Below, piece after piece: positions 52,983 through 64,000 of a stretch of 64,000 nucleotides of DNA. Position numbers and translations under genes: made by a program. The notes under the pieces were generated by a model. It did not search any database. It was not told where the DNA came from and saw only the letters and a program-made list of their open reading frames with translations. Source of the DNA: Chrysomallon squamiferum (Eukaryota; Animalia; Mollusca); contig CM022667.1 in assembly GCA_012295275.1 (NCBI GenBank), positions 13,516,001-13,580,000 on the forward strand, written 5' to 3'. The stretch's first letter is position 1; every line of letters starts with the position of its first letter.

Positions 52983-55041
52983 TTTTTCTGTAGTGTCAAA
53001 ATATATATATCTGATTCTGTTACAAATGAAACTGACAAAATCAGTTCATTGATTTTATCATTCTACTCTCTAATGAATCAGTAATTTATAAATTCTGACG
53101 ATAATGCTGATTATTGTGTTAATCCTGATATTCAGATGATGTTGATTAAATTATTTTAGTTGCCTGAAACAGAGTTATGCTTTCCTTCATCATGTTTTGC
53201 TCGCCTCACTGTCAATAGCATTTCATGAATGAATCATTTAGAGCAGGAATCGCTGTAGTTCAAAAGCAACAATTAATTAATTAAATTTTAAATAGGTCTC
53301 CTCTACTAAAAGCATGTCAACAGAACGAAAGCAAGAAATTTAACTAAACTGCATGCAAAGCAGTCAGTTACTTCTTGTCAGTCTAAATGTAACCATGTCT
53401 TTAGTAGCGAATAATCTGAATTTGTTTCAGTCATTTTATAATTGAGTAATACATCTAATCAGGGAAAGTTACTCAGAATTGAAATAAATCTAATTAAACT
53501 TCTAGTAGGAAATAAGAATTATATAAAATGTATTTCTTAAACAGTCATCGGAGAACATTTTGGATTTCCGAGTTAAATTCATTTATGTATCGTCAGAGGT
53601 AACGAAAAAAAGTGCAACAACAAGAACAATAACAGAAACAAGCAAAGCCTAAAGAAAATTAAATTAAAATAAATAAAGCAGAATCAACCAACATGAAAAT
53701 AAATACAAACAAAGAAACAAACAAAAACGCAACAAAAACCCAACAATAACAAAGGAAATAAAACAAAAATGTAATAATTAAGAAATAAATCCTTTAAAAA
53801 AATAATAATAAAAATATAAATAAACAAAATGTTCAGTGTTTCTGCTTTACTAAAAGCATGTTAATATAAACAAAGCAAGAAACGTAAGTAAATTCCTTGT
53901 AACATAATAAAATCGACTCATACAAACACCCTCGGTTAAAAGAAAAGAATCTCACAACAATAATAGTAACAACAACAACAACGAGAACAGATTAATATAT
54001 ATATATATATATTTTTTTTAATAATATAAATAAATAACAACAAAACAAAACAAGGGCTCCAAAATAATAATTATATTAGAAATGTTCTCAGAAGTCCTCT
54101 AATGAGATCTTTCTTCTACAACAATCATCACAACAGTACAAACAACAACAAGAACAACAACAACTACTACTACAACTGATAGCAATAGTACTAGTACTAA
54201 TCATACATAGTTAAAGGAAAAATTATATTTTCTTATACAAAAGTAAATATATATACAAAAAAAATAGTAAATTTCTGAATTTTCACTAGAAAGAAAACAG
54301 AAAAACAACAACAACAAACACGCCAAAAAAAAAAAAAAAAAGGTTTGTAGAGAGAACTAACAATAAAGGAAGTAAAACAGAAGAATAATAATCAAAAATA
54401 AAACTCCTGAAAAAGAACAAACAAAAACATGAAATAAAATAATAGAATCACAGTTGACTGCTGTCAAACCAAACATACCAAATATCGGTTTACATTGATT
54501 CATTGATTTTGTATACATTTATACCTGTCTCTGAATGATTAAAAATTAAATTTCAAGCATGAACTTTGAATAATTACGACTTGCTCTGTTGTTTATTAAA
54601 ATATCTGTAGTTATAACAGTACCATATACTATATAAAAAATGTATTGAGTCAACATTATCATTGTCATGGCAAAGAAGCTGTTCTGTTGCAGTTGTTGCT
54701 TTTGTTGTCCCTGATGCTGATGTTCTTTTGGTCGATGTCATTTGCAATCCTGGGGATGTGTTTCGTACATTCATTTATTGTCAGTTACAATCAAATGGTC
54801 TTGAATGTAGTCATCAAAAATTAAACTACATTTACTGGAGTATAAAGCACTTCAATTGGCATTTTAGTCATTACTTCTTCACCATTCTTTGAGTATAATA
54901 CCACGTTGTATTTCAATTAAGTTTCTAAGAGTTTTGTTTATTTAGATATTATTAGGACTCATATTTGATACTGATAAGTTTCACGGAGTTTGTGATATAT
55001 ATTAAGGTGAACTGCCAGTTATAGAAAAGTTAGCAGCTAAA

Positions 55042-56598
55042 ATGAAAATCTTTCTCATCGAAGGAATCTGGGTTTTGGCTGCCGTCTTATGTTGTAAAAC
55101 TGCAGAAAGGTAGGTGTGAATTTGCTGAGAGAGATTTTCTTGGAATTTTCCCATGTTTTATTCTTTTGACGCTACAGTAAGTACAAAAATTGGGTAATCT
55201 ATCAGAGCTATCTCTGGTTTAAAGAGTCACATAAAACTGTATAAAAACAATGGTCAAAATGGACTTGTCCTGTAAACTAATACAGGCCGTCTTACGTTTC
55301 TCAGATCTTAATAGGTATTCTTCAAGATGCGTTTATAAATTAATAAGACTTTCTTGGAATTTTCCTCTGATTTCTTGCTTTGACTCCGCAATAAATAAAA
55401 AACAAATTGGGTAATCTTAATGTACACATCTTCCATTTGCTACGATTTATTTTTGTTTCAATGCTAACTCTGATTTAAAAAGTCACCTAAAACTGTATGA
55501 AGAAAATTTCGCTTGAAAATTTGTTTTGTTAAATCAATCACTGTGGCAGTGTACATTGGTTTGCTTATTTTAAATTTGGTAAGGCGGGAAATTCCTTGTT
55601 TTGTTCTTTCTTTCCTTCTTTTGTTTTTAATTTATTATTATTATCTTAGTTTATTTTTGAGAAAGGCTTTCGGCTACAAACAGCGTATTATTAACTTAGA
55701 GTAAAACACGTGTTGTTAAAATCAGAGTATCAATGTATGTTTTGATTCTAAAAATACATGTGCTTTTCGAAGTATATATATATATTTGTTTTCTTTCTTA
55801 GTAGATGTTTTATTATTGTAGATGCAGCCCTCCATCTATCTGGATTAGAAATGTAAATTTTGACGATGTTGATGTAAACGATGGGCTCATAACTACTGTA
55901 GCTGGATTTACAAGCGCAGGGTTTTGTGGGATACGATGTGCAGGTTACTCTGTCTGTAAATCGTTTTCATACAATGTGAGTGGTGTTTGTCGACTCCATT
56001 CCTTGAGATTTTCAAATTACAACAGTTACTCTAAATCACCTGGCTGGAACTACTTCTACCTCAGTGCAGGTAACCTAGCTTTTATTAATTAATTAATTAT
56101 TTCGTTGTTTCTTTCTTTCTGTCTGTCTATCTTTAAGACTTTATTTACTTATTAGTTGCCTACATCTTTATCAAATGTAATTTTCTATAATAATAATAAT
56201 AATAATAATAATAAATCAATTAGTTGTTTAGAAGCATTTGTAATGAAGAAATCATTTTCAAATTTTCTATAAGACATTTTGATCGAAAGAAATTAACTGT
56301 TTCATTCTCACAGGTTCATGTCCAGTAGAAGACGGGTTTGTGTACTTGGACGAAGTGCATCTGTGTATGAAGGCTTTTCTGGATAAGAAAACATTTTCTC
56401 AAGCACGTGACGCCTGCAGTCAGATAGGTTCAAGACTGATTGTACTGGACACAGAAGAGAAAAATACGGCTGTTGGTGACTACATCGTTGCACACATAGG
56501 TAAATTCGTTTCCTTCATCATTATCATCATCACTATTATTATTATCGTCGACAATATCGCATGCATTGTTTTCATCACTATCATAATCATCATAACTA

Positions 56599-56629
<31 letters not shown>

Positions 56630-56826
56630 TATTATTATTATTATTATCATCATCGTCATGATCCTCACTGATATTATTATTATTTACTACTAATTCTACT
56701 ACATCCACCACCAGCCTCATCCCTACCACTGTTACTATTGATACTGCTACTACAACTACCGATACAACCATGACCACGGCTACTGTTACTACTACTACTA
56801 CTACTACTACTAACTCTACATCCGTT

Positions 56827-56865
<39 letters not shown>

Positions 56866-56888
56866 CATCATCATCATCATCATCATCA

Positions 56889-56953
<65 letters not shown>

Positions 56954-57175
56954 TTAGCCACAGACAACTTTTACATCGGTCTAACAGACGAGAAGGTTGA
57001 AAACACGTTTGTCTGGGAGAATGGTGAAGCGGTAAAGTTCACGAGCTGGAACGAAAATGAACCAAGTGATGGTGCCAGAACTGAAGACTGCGTCATGTTA
57101 GTACCAACAGATAAAGTGTGGGGCGATGTGCCCTGTTCTCGATACGAAAAATACATCTGTGAAAAACTTATGTGA
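55042..57175 (+). CDS. Subfamily B PAN/Apple + C-type lectin, intact, 239 aa, EPS/WGD motifs. Exons 55042-55109, 55822-56069, 56314-56499, 56958-57175
   Basis: 720-nt open frame; differs from 45959-48096 by a few residues (V/L in exon 2, V/L in exon 3, R/P in exon 4). Confidence 0.9.
55142..55595. promoter_or_regulatory. Three Rel/NF-kB-like sites in intron 1 (55142-55152, 55356-55365, 55586-55595)
   Basis: Same motifs as in the 46-kb copy. Confidence 0.5.
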
Positions 57176-57687
57176 CGGTCACCAGAACTGACAAAAATGA
57201 AGGAATTTCAAAAAGATATCGATGAAAAACAAAAAAATGAAAATAAATAAAAAACATGCAAAAACACAACAAACATATAAAGAACAATAGGAAAGAAATA
57301 AACACACACAACATGTAAACGTGCTCATTCATTTCTTGTCTCAGTTTAACACGTAATGTTGTTATTGATCTCAACGTAAAGAAGTTTTGTTATTTGTGTT
57401 TCTATCAAAAGGATATCGATGAAAAGAAAAAGTAAATGAAAACAAAAAACCCCTAAAACTGTTGATATAAATAGAAGATTTTTTTTTTTTTTTTTTTGAT
57501 TGTTCAGTATACCACATTTAACTGAAATTGTTCAGAATTCAGTACTAAGACTGCAAGCAAAATGTACAAAATGAAACGAATGTGACAAATATAAACACAA
57601 ACTAAACAATAAAAATACAACAAAGAAGAATTGTGTTTCAATTTATTGATTTAACTGACATGCATTACAATATTTTCACTGGTGCAG

Positions 57688-60598
57688 TTAATACAAATGT
57701 GATTCACATATGTAAAACATAGCTGGATAACTAGGAATACCAGCCCATTTTTTTATATCGACATCAAACACAGTGCAGTGTTCGTTATTATTTTCATCCC
57801 AGTTTGTAAAAGTGGCTTTTTCAACATTCTCCCAGATTATCTCATCTTTCTTAGTTAGGCCAATATAGAACCAACCTGAATTTAACCCTGTAAAATAAAT
57901 AATAATAACTACAGTAACACACGTGTTAGTAGAAATTGTAGCTGTAGTTGTAATAGTAGGACAAGTAGCAGTAAAGGCAATAGTAGAAGTAACAATATCA
58001 GTTGTAATAGCAGTAATAATAGTTGTAGTAGGAGTAGTAATATTAATAATATAATGGCAGTAGTATAGATAGCAATACCAGTAACAGCAACAGCAGAAAT
58101 GATAGCAGTAGTCATAGTAATACTAGTAGTGGGAACAGTTGCATTAGCAGTAGTGGTTGCAGTAGCAGTAGAAAGTATAGTAGAAACAGCGCAGTAGTAG
58201 TAGAATTTGTATTAGTTGTATCAGCATAATTAGTCGTAGTAATATTAATCGTAACAGTAGCAGTAGATATGGTAATTGTACTAACAGTTTCAGTAGAGTT
58301 AGTAGTAGTAGCAGCTGTGGCATCAGCAGTAATAGTATTAGTGGTTTTGCTACTAGGAGTAGTAGTGGGAAAGTAGTAATAGAAGCAGTAGTTTTAATAC
58401 TACTAGTAGTGGTATTAGTAGTAGCAGGAGTGGTACTAGTAGTAGTGATAATAACAGTAGTATTAGCAGTTGTATCATATGAAGCAGTAGGAGTAACAGG
58501 AATAATATTACTAGTAGTAGTAGTAGTAGTAATACTTTTACAGGTGTTAATAAATAGTAGCTGCATTAGTAGTAGTGTGATAATAGTAATAGTAGTACAA
58601 AAGCATCCACACCAGCAGAATTAGTAGTAGTAAGAGGAGAAGGAGGAAGAGTACTAACTGAATGAGTAGTAAATAAAGTAATAATAGTAATAGCAGCATG
58701 TGTAGCAGTAGGAGTAGCAATGGCTGTACTAACAGTAGTAGTAGTAGTGGTAGCACTAATAACAGTTGAAGTAGTAATAGTAGTAGTAATAGCTGTAGTG
58801 GCTGTGGTAACATTAGTAGTAATTGTAATGCCAGGTGTAGTGTTAGTGGCAGCAGTAGTGGTAGTAGCAGCCTTTGTAATTGTTGTTGTAGTAATAGGAC
58901 TGGTAGCATTCGTGAGAGTAGAAGCAAAACTAGTAAGTAATAACAGTATCAATAATAAATACAGCAGCCCTTGTAGCAACATACATAGCAGTATAACACT
59001 GGTAGTTACGGCAGGAATACTAATAGAGATTAATACTAATACTATTAGTAGAGATTGTGGTAGCAGCAGGAGAAGTAGAAATCGTAGAAGTGGTAATCCT
59101 ACTAGTATTATTAGTAGTAACAGTCGTAGTGGTAATAGAACTGGTAGAAATAGAGCAATTAGCTGTTTGCAGTTCTTGTTCTGCTTCTTTCATTTTTATT
59201 TAATTCTTTCTGCTGTTTCTTTGAAATATTTCTTTCTTTATTACTTTACACAAAACAAAGTAAATAAATAAATAAATAAATAAGAGAAATGAAGAAAGCT
59301 GACATACCTATGTTTGAAAGGTAGCTCGATAGAATTATATTTTTTTGTTCCGTGTCTAACACGATCAATCTTGACTCCAGTTGGTTGCAAGCATGACTGC
59401 ATCAACAAAGTTTTTATCATCTTCAAACAACTTCAAGCACAGTGTGCCCAAAAAGACGAAACCCTTTTCAGTTGGACAGACATCTTTAAAACGAAACAGC
59501 CATAGAACAGAAACAATAACACACATACAAACTCATACACGTAAACAAAGAAAAAAAAAAGAAATAGTAATTAAAATAATATATTCGTGTTTCTATATAA
59601 AAATAAAATTCCCATTGTTACGATCTAAAGATAAACTTCATCGTGCGACCTTACAAAGACAAAATTAGACTTTTTTCATAAATAGAGTAGAAAGATAAAG
59701 TTCTGAGTTTTGTGATATAAAGGTAAAATTTCATTATTCTACAATACAAGATAAATTCAAACTTTTATCATACGAAAATAAAATTCTAGAATATTACTAT
59801 AAACAGATAGAATTCATTATACTATCATACAAAGATAACATTCAAACTGTTAGTATATAAAGAAAAATTCTGATCGTAACCACGGAAATACACAAATCAG
59901 AAATTTACGTTAAACTGTTACCACTGGAAGATAAAATTTAGATTATGGAAAGATCCAGATTCGCCTGATACCTGAAGGAATGTAATAGTGTCTCCAGTTT
60001 GCTGTATCAGACGTACTGACGTAAGTACCAAATGTCACAGAATAATGGCGACATTTTCCGTTGTCGTAGGCAAACGAAAAACATGCTGGATTCTTGGTGC
60101 AGGCAGAGCCACAGTGCATCATGGTCTTGACGTCAGTGGCTTCGTATATTGTAGCGTTAGCTGCAGTGAAATAATCATATTTTTCTTTCTCAATCCAAAT
60201 CCATCTTGTTCCAATGCAGCTTCAATGACAGTTAAAATAAAACTATTTTCATTACTTGTATTAAATAGACATTCAGTAAGATATAATTCAACTGATGACA
60301 TCAATCTATGTATCATTGTAACAATATATCTATCCTTCTCTCCATCCATCCATTCATTTGCCATATCTATCTATGTAATCTGCATCTATCTATCTGTCTA
60401 TCAAGAGGTGTGGAAACACACACACACACACACACAAACACACTCACATACACGTTACTGATGCATGTATCCAGAGAATTATTCTGTTTCAACATAAATA
60501 AAAAGTGTACGTATATTTATTTATACATACCTGTCTGCCATTTTAGAACACACGAAGACAGCTGACAACAGCAGAAACTGGAGGAAAGTGTTTTGCAT
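57688..60598 (-). pseudogene. Subfamily A' PAN-CTLD gene with a 1-nt frameshift in exon 3 and an atypical exon 4. Exons 60598-60531, 60219-59972, 59483-59308, 57887-57688
   Basis: Exon 3 is 176 nt (GATGCA-GTCATGCTTGC near 59397) versus 177 in paralogs. Exon 4 is open but lacks the xPx motif and one conserved Cys (WAGIPSYP). Confidence 0.8.
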
Positions 60599-62304
60599 TT
60601 TGTCTAAATAATGTTTAGTGAAGAAAATGCTGAAGTGAATAAATCGTAATAAAATTCGGTATTTGAGGTTATGTTAAGTAGAACTGTCACCAAGCTGTAA
60701 CAAGTTGAAATGTTTCTATAGTGTATTTAATTTTTAATGTTTTACGGGCTGTTTAACATTCTTACTTCTTCTTTATCATCAAGCGCAACATATATATATA
60801 TATATATATAATTTATCTTCATTAACCATATTTACTGTAAAAATAGTAGTTTGTTATGACTGTTTGATAGCTATAGTATTTGTAGTAGTAGTACTGGTTA
60901 TGATGGTCGTAGTAGTAGTTGATTTTTTTGGCGTTGCTGTAGTAGACGTTGTACAGCACTAGCAGTAATAAAATAATAAAGATGATGATGATGATTATAA
61001 TAATAATAATAATAATAATAACAGTAGTAGTAGTAGTCGTAGTATTCATCAACGTATTTGTTCTAGTAGTTTTATAGTACTAGCAATAGTTGTACCAATA
61101 ATAAAAGTAGTAGCAGTAGTAGTGTGTTTTTATTATTGTTGTTCTTGGTGATCCCATCTAAAATTAAGCTACTGTCAATTTTAGATAAATGAAAAAGCTG
61201 TAGAGACTGGTAGAAGATATTTTTATTGTAAGTTACTGCTTAAGGCGGTTAATGTTTAACATAGAAGTGTGTCAGAAAAGTAGAGTGATTTCTTGAGTCC
61301 ATTAATTGAACAATAATTTATCTTCATTAACCAAATTCACTGTAAAGGTAGTAATTCTGGTTATGATTGGTAGCGGTAGCATTTGTAGTATTGGTTATGA
61401 CGGCTGTAGTAGTAGTTGATTTTGCTGGTATTGCTGTAGTAGACGTTGTTGTAACAGCAATAATTATAAAACAACAAGAATAATACTAGTAGTAGCAGTC
61501 GTAGTAATGGTAATTGCAGTAGAAATTGTTGTTGTAGCAGTTCAGTGGTTGTAAATGTAGTAGTAATAGTATTAGTAGTTGTTGCTTTAGTAGTAGTAGT
61601 GGTTTTAGTAGTAGTAATATTAATAGTGTTAGTTGTTGTAAGAGTATCGTTATTTTTGTAGTAGTGTTAGTAGTAGGTGTTCTAATAATATAGTAGTAGG
61701 AGCAGTTGATCAAAATTGACTGTAGAGTCAAGTGTATACCAAAACTGGTTCTCATTTTTTCATTGATTCGTATGGCTGTTAAAGTAGATGCAGTTGTGAG
61801 TTTTCTTATAGCAATTATTTTACATTAACTTTTGTTATTCGCTGTCGTTGTCGTGATTATAATAGTCATTATGGGTAACGTGATAGCTAAACTGATTGTT
61901 TAAATTTAATTCAAAGTATTTATTTATTATTATTTTTATTTTTTTAATTTTATTTTTTATTTTTATAGATATCTTTTTTTAAATTCCTTAATTAAAATTA
62001 CTATAGCCATTATTACTTTTCTTGCTGCTGTTCTTCTTCTTCTTCTTAATATTACTATTGTTGTTGTTTCTGTCATTTTGATTGTTTAAAAATATTTCAG
62101 TGATCAGAATCAGTAAATGTATCATAAAAAAAAATAAAATAAAATAAAATAAAAATCAAGAAATGACTCGATAGCTATTGGTGATAATGAAAATTGATTC
62201 TTCATTTTCAAATCGCACAGATGTATAGATAAAACAAACAAACAAACAAATATATAAATAAATAAAATAATTTATTTAATTTTCTTTATTCAGCAAATAT
62301 CAAG

Positions 62305-62470
62305 TCAGTTTCTCAATAGTTTTTCACGCCACATTTTGCTTGTTGGAATTAATATCGCGCAATCTTCCAGGTAGTTATCGGATTCATTGTCTGATTTTTG
62401 AAAAAGGACGTTTTCTCCATTCTCCAAAACAAATTTTGTTTCCACCTTTCCAAAGGTCAAACAAGTAACA
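62305..62470 (-). pseudogene. Orphan decayed CTLD exon 4 (ESD class), inverted copy
   Basis: Reverse complement of 22760-22914 and 40165-40329. Confidence 0.72.
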
Positions 62471-62479
62471 GCTATGGTA

Positions 62480-62517
<38 letters not shown>

Positions 62518-63191
62518 CTAGTAGTAGTAGTAGTAGTAGTAGGCAAAGGAAACATTTATGACCTCGTGTTACATATTCCGTTGTAGCTAAGGTTTAATAG
62601 AACACAGAAAATTTGAAGGAAAAATCAATAGATGCAGAAAAATAACTGATGTGTGACATGCTGAAATAATAACGTTTTGAGAATGAATCATCCAAAGTGA
62701 CTAAATATTATTTAATATTCACGGACGACAAGGTTTGTTCCTCTGGGAAAAATGAAACTTATTTAATGTTTTGTGAGCTTGACCCAATCAATATTGTAAT
62801 ACCTAGGAAGAAGAAGAACAAAACATTACATTTCCATACTGTTAATCGTAAAACGAACTTTATTGGAGAAAACAAATAGAGCAGTAACAAAGACAACAAC
62901 AATGACAATAATATTAGATATACAACAAATTTAAAGAAGTATAAATAATATATTTGCACTCAGATATCATAACTACTTCAACACGTACAATAAATATGCC
63001 AGGATTTCTGTACAGCTGAAATAAACATAAAAAATGTACAGATATCAATAACCAGTTTAACAATATTAACGCAAAACAATATACAGTACATTACAAACAG
63101 TAGTTCTTTAAATCAATATCTGTCTCTGTTCATTTACTAATAAAATATTTAACACGAAAACTGATATTCTCATATTCTGATATAATAATTA

Positions 63192-63277
<86 letters not shown>
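63192..63277 (+). repeat. (AAT)n microsatellite (one of many AAT, ACT, AAC and AAAT tracts in the window)
   Basis: Directly visible. Confidence 0.97.
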
Positions 63278-64000
63278 GCATCTACCGTACACACTCACTT
63301 ATAATTCGATCTAATTTTATATCGATCGGCCTTGATTTTAAACACTGAAATGTAAACAACAGACAGACTCGTTCGATGGAGGTTGATATGAATTTTAGAA
63401 TATTTCTTTTTATTCTGATTCATAAATTTTGAGAGATCTTAGATTTGTTTATCTTCTTTGCTTTGTTTGTTTTTTTCTTAAGTAAGAAGTGTTATTTGTT
63501 TACAGTACAAGAATCTTACAACATTTCACAGAAGTAAAAATTGCCTAATTAGTTAAATGCAAATAACAAAAATGTTTAACAATAACAACAGCAACAACAA
63601 TACTAAATGGTGGTATACTCAATAATAATAACAATGATTATGATAATGATATTAATAATTATTAATAATAACAACAATAACAACAAAATAATTTCGAATT
63701 AATAAAGACATAAATTTATAGAAAAAAAATGGATATACAGAAATGTCATGTGCAATTGATTTTGATTAGTTAAAACTGTAGATTACTACTGGAAACGACT
63801 TTTTCCTACACATTTCTGTGAGTGACACTTGCTGTTAGTTTAGTCACTTACAAGCAGAAAACATCACAGAACTGATTAGTGCTTGAGTCTGACGAGAATT
63901 CGCAAAGATTTTATATTAACAGTCTATATGTATATATGTATATATAGATATGTCTTTACAATTGATCTAAACAAAAATTCAGCACGGATTAAAATATTAT

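Noticed and set aside
58144-59271. Long Thr-, Leu- or Val-rich ORFs on both strands (also 49053-50841) resembling mucins or membrane proteins
   Set aside because: They arise from degenerate triplet repeats inside intron 3. The repeat units (119, 113, 149 bp) are not multiples of three, frames are not conserved between copies, and an exon here would split the CTLD.

Overview
AT-rich, microsatellite-laden eukaryotic genomic DNA, probably an invertebrate and most likely a mollusc (inferred from composition and gene family). One 200-N scaffold gap lies at 26101-26300. Almost the whole window is a tandem and inverted cluster of one four-exon gene family encoding ~236-239-aa secreted proteins: signal peptide (exon 1, 62-68 nt), PAN/Apple-like domain (exon 2, 248 nt) and a long-form C-type lectin domain (CTLD) split over exon 3 (177/186 nt) and exon 4 (200-236 nt). 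Intron phases are 2-1-1 in every copy. About 25 copies or fragments are visible. Four are fully intact (7787-9890 -, 45959-48096 +, 51441-52982 +, 55042-57175 +), one runs off the window edge, one is a probable chimera using an orphan signal exon, and the rest are pseudogenes or orphan exons. Exon 4 carries different sugar-binding motifs (EPD, EPH, QPN, EPS, none). Flanking-intron mosaics indicate that PAN halves and sugar-specificity halves were reshuffled by recombination inside a homogenised exon 3. Also present: NF-kB-like sites in intron 1 of one subfamily, DIRS-like tyrosine-recombinase remnants, a candidate solo LTR, a SINE-like remnant, an intronic fold-back and a minisatellite. All gene models were deduced by hand from GT-AG sites and paralog comparison; no database search was run.
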